Source: an uncultured delta proteobacterium
Lineage (GTDB): Bacteria; Desulfobacterota; Desulfomonilia; UBA1062
NCBI GenBank assembly: GCA_963798485.1
Contig: CAWCTR010000014.1
Span: 160,001 to 224,000 of the forward strand
Length of the DNA: 64,000 nucleotides
Reading direction: 5' to 3'
Shown: positions 59,025 through 64,000 of the stretch, piece after piece
How the letters are laid out: each line of letters opens with the position of its first letter
Position numbering within the stretch: the stretch's first letter is position 1
Position numbers and translations under genes: made by a program
Notes under the pieces: generated by a model
Seen by the model: the letters and a program-made list of their open reading frames with translations, nothing else
Told to the model about the DNA's origin: nothing
The model's database searches: none

Positions 59025-59882
59025 ATGGACAGCCACATAAAACGGATCATGGACCGGTCAAACTATCTTCAGGAAAATGCATCACAATTTCTCAAAACAA
59101 GGCATCTTCTCATACACTACCTCCATGCCGGTTCCGGGAAACCGGTTATCCTCATTCATGGGGGAGGGATGTGGCTCTATTCCTTCAGGCATAACCTCAT
59201 TCCTTTATCAAAGATATCATCCGTGCATGCCTTGGATATGCCGGGGTATGGATATACCGGCATAACCGACCCTTCTTTTCGCCTGGATACAGACACCATG
59301 CCGCTTGCCTTAAGGGAATTCATGGATGCGCTGCACATCGACAAGGCAACCCTTGTGGGTCATTCATGGGGCGGCGGTTGGGCCTTGGCCTATGCACAGG
59401 CGAATCCCGAAAGGGTGGACAGGATCGTGCTCATCAACTCCAGCGGTCTGGATGTGCGGGATGTCTTCGAATGGGAGCTTCTGAAGATGCCCCTTGTAGG
59501 GAGCTTGCTCCTGAGATTCCTGACCATTGATATGATCAAGAAGAGGCTGGAGCTTTCTTTTTTCAAAAAGGGCATTGTGGATGATGCCATGGCCCTTGAA
59601 GTTCACCTTCCCATGATGATACCCGCAAACCGAAATGCACAGGCATTGCTTGCCCGAAATCTCTCCTGGGCCGAGGTTGAGAGTCATCTGGGTGAGCTCG
59701 GGCATCAAGTCCTTCTCATCTGGGGTGAAAAAGACCGGTATCTTGATGTGGGGCTTACAAGCCGGTTCAAGGAAAAAATTAAAAATCTCAAGGTAGAGAT
59801 TATCGCGGATTGCGGCCATTCAGCCCATGAGGAAGTACCCGAGACAGTCAATCGTTTAATTACAGACTTCCTTTTCTGTTAA
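59025..59882 (+). CDS. alpha/beta hydrolase
   Basis: LIHG, D.PGYG, GHSWGG, WGEKD, GH..HEE. Confidence 0.92.
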   Translation: MDSHIKRIMDRSNYLQENASQFLKTRHLLIHYLHAGSGKPVILIHGGGMWLYSFRHNLIPLSKISSVHALDMPGYGYTGITDPSFRLDTDTMPLALREFMDALHIDKATLVGHSWGGGWALAYAQANPERVDRIVLINSSGLDVRDVFEWELLKMPLVGSLLLRFLTIDMIKKRLELSFFKKGIVDDAMALEVHLPMMIPANRNAQALLARNLSWAEVESHLGELGHQVLLIWGEKDRYLDVGLTSRFKEKIKNLKVEIIADCGHSAHEEVPETVNRLITDFLFC

Positions 59883-59888
59883 AACATC

Positions 59889-60437
59889 TTACGAGCTTGA
59901 ACAACTGTTGTACAGGGCTTCCATCTTCATGAGCATATCCTTTATACTGTCAATAAGTCTTTGCGGTTTGATGAGCCTTGCCTCATCTCCGAAAGATAGC
60001 AGCCAGGAGATCAGTTCTTTATCTGAGGACGCAGAGAATGTTATCCTCAGGGTTGAGTCGTCAATCCGGCGTATCCGTTGGCCAGGGCTCCACATCCGTT
60101 CAGCAACATAGCGAGCTGAGAGCCCGGTGAACTCGACCTCTGCTTGAAAGGCATTGTCCTTAATGATGCCGAAGTTACGGTTGTAGATCTGCTCAAAGTC
60201 GTAGTCTCCAGGAAATTCGAAAGACTGATCGGTCATCTCCACCCTCTTCAACCTGTGTATGGCAAGGAGCGGGTCATACTCCCGCCTGGTATCGGGCTTG
60301 CCCGGCTTTCCTGCAAACCTGGCGCGGAGGTACATGGAGTCGTTGTGAGAGAAAATCTTGAGCGGCATAATAAGAAAGGTCTTGGACTTGGTGGATAAGA
60401 GTGAGCGATAGATTACCTTGATGACAACAGAGACCAC
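59889..60437 (-). pseudogene. WYL-domain regulator fragment lacking N-terminal HTH
   Basis: Begins at V.Y.S of WYL domain; LAIHRL, R.WS..Q, W.LSFG..A. Confidence 0.7.
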
Positions 60438-60536
60438 ATCAAGCTATCAGATGAAATACAAGAATGGGGAGAATTCCTTGCCATGGCAGCTTGATGCGGT
60501 GAGCATAGGAACTGTCCATACGCCGGCAGAAAAAGG

Positions 60537-62075
60537 CTAGATGTTCATCTGGATCAAGTGGGGTCCGTCCTCATCAAGTGCCTTTGAAAGCCTTTCTGCC
60601 AGCCCCTCGGCTGTGTTCACCGCAACAGAGGCCACGCCCATGGCCTTGCCGAGACAGACCCAGTCTATGCCTGCAAGGTCAGTCAGCCTTGAGGCTGCCG
60701 GGCCTAATGTGTGAATCCCAAAGCGTGCAAGCTCATATTTCAGGATGTCGTAGCTCCTGTTTGAGAAGATGAGCGTGGTTACATTCAGATGCTCTCGAGC
60801 CTGCGTCCAGAGCGCCTGCATGGTGTACATCGCTGATCCGTCCGCTTGTATATTGATTACCGGTCTGTCAGGGCAGGCTATGGCCGCCCCTACTGCGCAG
60901 GCAGGCCCCTGTCCCAATGATCCCCCGGTCAGCGTGAGCAAAGAGAAAGGCGGCACTGAAGCTGTGAGGGGGTAATACCAGATGCTGTTCGTAATAGACT
61001 CATCAACCACAATGGCGTGCTCGGGTTGGAGGGCTGCCAGCACCGCGCAGGCCTTATCACCGCTCAGGGTGCCTGTCGGCATGGAAGGCTTTATCGGTTG
61101 GGTTAGAATATTCTTTGATGGAGTCGCAGGCGCCCCAAGGACATCGGCAAGACAAACCAGGGACTTGGTGGCATCTTTGTGTGGGTCCACGATGTGCAGC
61201 CTCTTCTGGCCTACTTTAAGAAGATGGCCCGGCACACCATCATACCCAAAAAAGGCAACAGGTTCATCAGCACCTGCAAATATGAATGCCTCATACTGGC
61301 CAAGAACGTCCATGGCCGTTTCCGGCAGATAGGGTATCCGGGTCACATCAGGCAGCCCTGCGCCCCTTTCCATCCTGGCAGGAAAGCCTTCACAGAAGAG
61401 ATCACATCCCATACTCCCCTTGATGCGTGCGGCAGCGATGAGCCCTTCCCTCCTGAGTGCTTTTCCGCCGAGCACAAGGGCTGTCTTTTTATATACGTGT
61501 AGAAACCCGGCAGAATCTTCGATCCTTGCCTGATCGACAGTATGGAGTCCCTGAGCGCCCAGCTCGATTACTTTCTCATGGGTTTCCTTCATCTGGAGGT
61601 CATATGGTATGATCAAAACTGCGCCGTGGCCTTCATATGCCGCGGAGATCGCATCTGCCATGTCCTTCCCCAGACCATCTGTTGAACAACAGGTGCGCTG
61701 CCAGCCGGCCGTTGCTGATGCAATAGCTTCTATGTCCATGGCAAGGGGTGGGTCGAACGGGAGGTGCCAGGTTGAATGCTGACCTACAACAGTCAGAATA
61801 GGGGTATGGGCCCTGCGGGCATTGTGAAGATTGGATGTCCCGTTGGCGAGTCCGGGACCCAGGTGGAGCACTACCATGGCCGTTTTATCAAGCATCCTGG
61901 CATAGCCGTCTGCCGCACCTGTACACACGCCTTCATACAGACATAGGACTGGCCGGACTCCACCCACATTATCAAGGGCAGCAACAAGTGGTATCTCGGT
62001 AGTACCCGGGTTGGCAAAGCATACGCTAATCCCGTTCGCCTTTGCTGTTGATAGAATCAGTTCTGCTCCGTTCAT
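60537..62075 (-). CDS. acetolactate synthase large-subunit-like TPP enzyme
   Basis: FANPGTTE, ADGYAR, LHLGPG, DGS.MYT.Q.LWT, NRSY. Confidence 0.9.
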   Translation of the reverse strand: MNGAELILSTAKANGISVCFANPGTTEIPLVAALDNVGGVRPVLCLYEGVCTGAADGYARMLDKTAMVVLHLGPGLANGTSNLHNARRAHTPILTVVGQHSTWHLPFDPPLAMDIEAIASATAGWQRTCCSTDGLGKDMADAISAAYEGHGAVLIIPYDLQMKETHEKVIELGAQGLHTVDQARIEDSAGFLHVYKKTALVLGGKALRREGLIAAARIKGSMGCDLFCEGFPARMERGAGLPDVTRIPYLPETAMDVLGQYEAFIFAGADEPVAFFGYDGVPGHLLKVGQKRLHIVDPHKDATKSLVCLADVLGAPATPSKNILTQPIKPSMPTGTLSGDKACAVLAALQPEHAIVVDESITNSIWYYPLTASVPPFSLLTLTGGSLGQGPACAVGAAIACPDRPVINIQADGSAMYTMQALWTQAREHLNVTTLIFSNRSYDILKYELARFGIHTLGPAASRLTDLAGIDWVCLGKAMGVASVAVNTAEGLAERLSKALDEDGPHLIQMNI

Positions 62076-62192
62076 GGTATCCTCATTATTATATAATTAT
62101 TTTAAAAAAGGCCAACCCTTTGCTTGAGAACCCAATGCAGGTATAATGTACAGGATTAACTCATAAACGCTTGCACCAGTACGGGGAGGAAT

Positions 62193-63383
62193 TTGACGAT
62201 GATATCACAGGCATCTATCGACGAGATGGCATCGTCCCTTTCCCACGAGGTAATCCGGCTTCGAAGGGATTTCCATCAGCACCCGGAACTTGGTTTTGAG
62301 GAAAAAAGGACCTCATATGTCATTGCGGAATATCTCAAGGGGCTTGGCCTAGAGGTGAGGACAGGTATTGCCGGTACCGGGGTTGTCGGGTTGCTCCATG
62401 GCGCCTCGCCGGGCAAGACCGTTATGTTAAGGGCTGATATGGATGCATTGCCTATTCTGGAATTGAATGAGACCGACTATCGTTCTGTCACCCCGGGGGT
62501 GATGCATGCGTGCGGGCATGACGGTCACATGGCAATCCTTCTGGGTACTGCCAAGCTCTTAAGCAGTTTTCGTGACTCCTTCAAAGGCCAGGTCAAGTTC
62601 GTGTTCCAGCCTGCAGAGGAAAATCTCGGCGGCGCAAAACTCATGATCGAAGAAGGTGTGTTGAGGAACCCGGATGTGGATGCAGCCTTCGGCCTGCACC
62701 TCATAAGCCCCTTGCCCTATGGTTATATTGGCTGCTGTAAAGGTGCCTTCATGGCATCCATAGACATCTTCACGATCAGGTTGCTCGGTCGTGCCGGCCA
62801 TTCGGCCATGCCTGGCGGCTCGGTGGATGCCATCGGCATGGGTGCCGAGGTTGTTTTGAATCTTCAGGATTACATTAAAAAGTCCTTGCCGGATGGATGC
62901 CAATTCATCATCAATATCGGCACCTTCCATGGAGGCACTGCCCCCAACATCGTTACCGACATGGTGGAGCTCACCGGCACGGTGAGGGTCCTGGACGAAA
63001 ACATCCGATCATCCATCAGGGGCATCATGGAGGTGTACCTCCGGGAAACAACAGCATCAAAAGGTGGAGCCTTTGAGCTGGACTATCCCCAGGGATATCC
63101 TGTTACCGTAAATGACGAGGACATGACAGACCTGGTCATGAGGATAGCAGCCGGCGTGACCGATAAATCAAACGTCATCCAGATGCCGCCATCCATGGCG
63201 AGCGAGGACATGTCGTTTTATCTAAAAGAGGTCTCCGGGTGCTTCTTTTTTTTAGGCGCTGGTAGCACAGACCCTGCACTGAACCAGCCGCATCACAACC
63301 CACATTTTTCCATTGACGAGCGCGCCCTTGAGGTGGGCTTAAAGATATTGGCTGCAATTGCCATTGATTATCTTGCGAATTGA
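62193..63383 (+). CDS. M20D amidohydrolase
   Basis: H.HPEL, RADMDALP, MHACGHD, QPAEE, ED.S, HHNP.F. Confidence 0.93.
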   Translation: MTMISQASIDEMASSLSHEVIRLRRDFHQHPELGFEEKRTSYVIAEYLKGLGLEVRTGIAGTGVVGLLHGASPGKTVMLRADMDALPILELNETDYRSVTPGVMHACGHDGHMAILLGTAKLLSSFRDSFKGQVKFVFQPAEENLGGAKLMIEEGVLRNPDVDAAFGLHLISPLPYGYIGCCKGAFMASIDIFTIRLLGRAGHSAMPGGSVDAIGMGAEVVLNLQDYIKKSLPDGCQFIINIGTFHGGTAPNIVTDMVELTGTVRVLDENIRSSIRGIMEVYLRETTASKGGAFELDYPQGYPVTVNDEDMTDLVMRIAAGVTDKSNVIQMPPSMASEDMSFYLKEVSGCFFFLGAGSTDPALNQPHHNPHFSIDERALEVGLKILAAIAIDYLAN

Positions 63384-63398
63384 TGTTTATCAAGATCT

Positions 63399-64000
63399 AT
63401 GAATAAATGCGAACATTATTTTCTTGATATTATTAAAATCTTTTGGATAAGTTTCTGGGCTGCCTTTGCAACCCTCATTGTGTTCTTTCCCGTAACCATT
63501 GCATCCATGCTGAGCAAATCAGGCAACCTTGCATTCACCATCTCTAAGGTCTGGGCGCACATCATGCTGAAGGCCACCTATGTACACCCCGTAATCAGGG
63601 GCAGGGAGAAGATCATCAAGGGAAAGTCATACATTATTATCAGCAATCACCAATCAGAATACGATATCCTGGCCATTGTTACCACACTTGGCATACAGTT
63701 CCGCTGGATCATCAAGAAGGAGCTCCTTAAGGTACCTCTATTCGGCTATGCCCTGTATAAATCACGCAACATCTTCATAGACAGAGGGCAAGGAGAAGCG
63801 GCGATGAAGAGCATCCGGGAAGGCTTGGATCGTCTGCCCGAGGGGGTCAGTTTGATGTTCTTTGCCGAGGGCACGCGCTCGGATGACGGCACCATCCAAC
63901 CCTTCAAGAAGGGTGGGTTCGTTATGGCCGTGGAAAAGGGCATCCCTGTCCTGCCTGTAACGGTCAATGGCAGCCGTAAGGTTTTGCCAAAGAAAAGCCT
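63399..64000 (+). CDS. plsC: 1-acyl-sn-glycerol-3-phosphate acyltransferase (partial, not in ORF track)
   Basis: Translated by hand: NHQSEYD, KKEL..P.FG, FIDR, FAEGTRS, FKKGGF. Confidence 0.88.
   Translation, partial: MNKCEHYFLDIIKIFWISFWAAFATLIVFFPVTIASMLSKSGNLAFTISKVWAHIMLKATYVHPVIRGREKIIKGKSYIIISNHQSEYDILAIVTTLGIQFRWIIKKELLKVPLFGYALYKSRNIFIDRGQGEAAMKSIREGLDRLPEGVSLMFFAEGTRSDDGTIQPFKKGGFVMAVEKGIPVLPVTVNGSRKVLPKKS

Overview
Bacterial chromosomal window. Gene content and order suggest an anaerobic Deltaproteobacteria-type (Desulfobacterota/Syntrophales-like) organism; this is an inference. Positions ~1-25970 are accessory DNA: two tyrosine-integrase elements integrated in tandem at the 3' end of tRNA-Val(CAC) (25953-26024, minus strand). 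The proximal element is complete (~7438-25972, ~18.5 kb), with duplicated att core and matching arm-type repeats. It carries a second Cre-like recombinase, RHH/HTH/wHTH genes, a repeat-rich origin-like region, secreted cargo and three IS21 elements, one of which has two accessory genes. The distal element runs off the left edge. It carries an IS110/IS1111 element with a long candidate bridge-RNA region, a DDE IS whose right end repeats the motifs just upstream of its own insertion site, and a repeat lipoprotein. Positions ~26000-64000 are mostly core genes: aro cluster, efp, accB, ppdK, tmk, moaC, znuBC and others. Notable regulatory features are a cobalamin riboswitch, an unannotated Phe/Tyr/Trp-rich leader-peptide attenuator before DAHP synthase, and an RHH-Cys-rich regulator with a palindromic operator heading a znu operon whose znuA seems reduced to a 20-codon remnant. 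All product calls come from motif recognition by eye; no database search was run.
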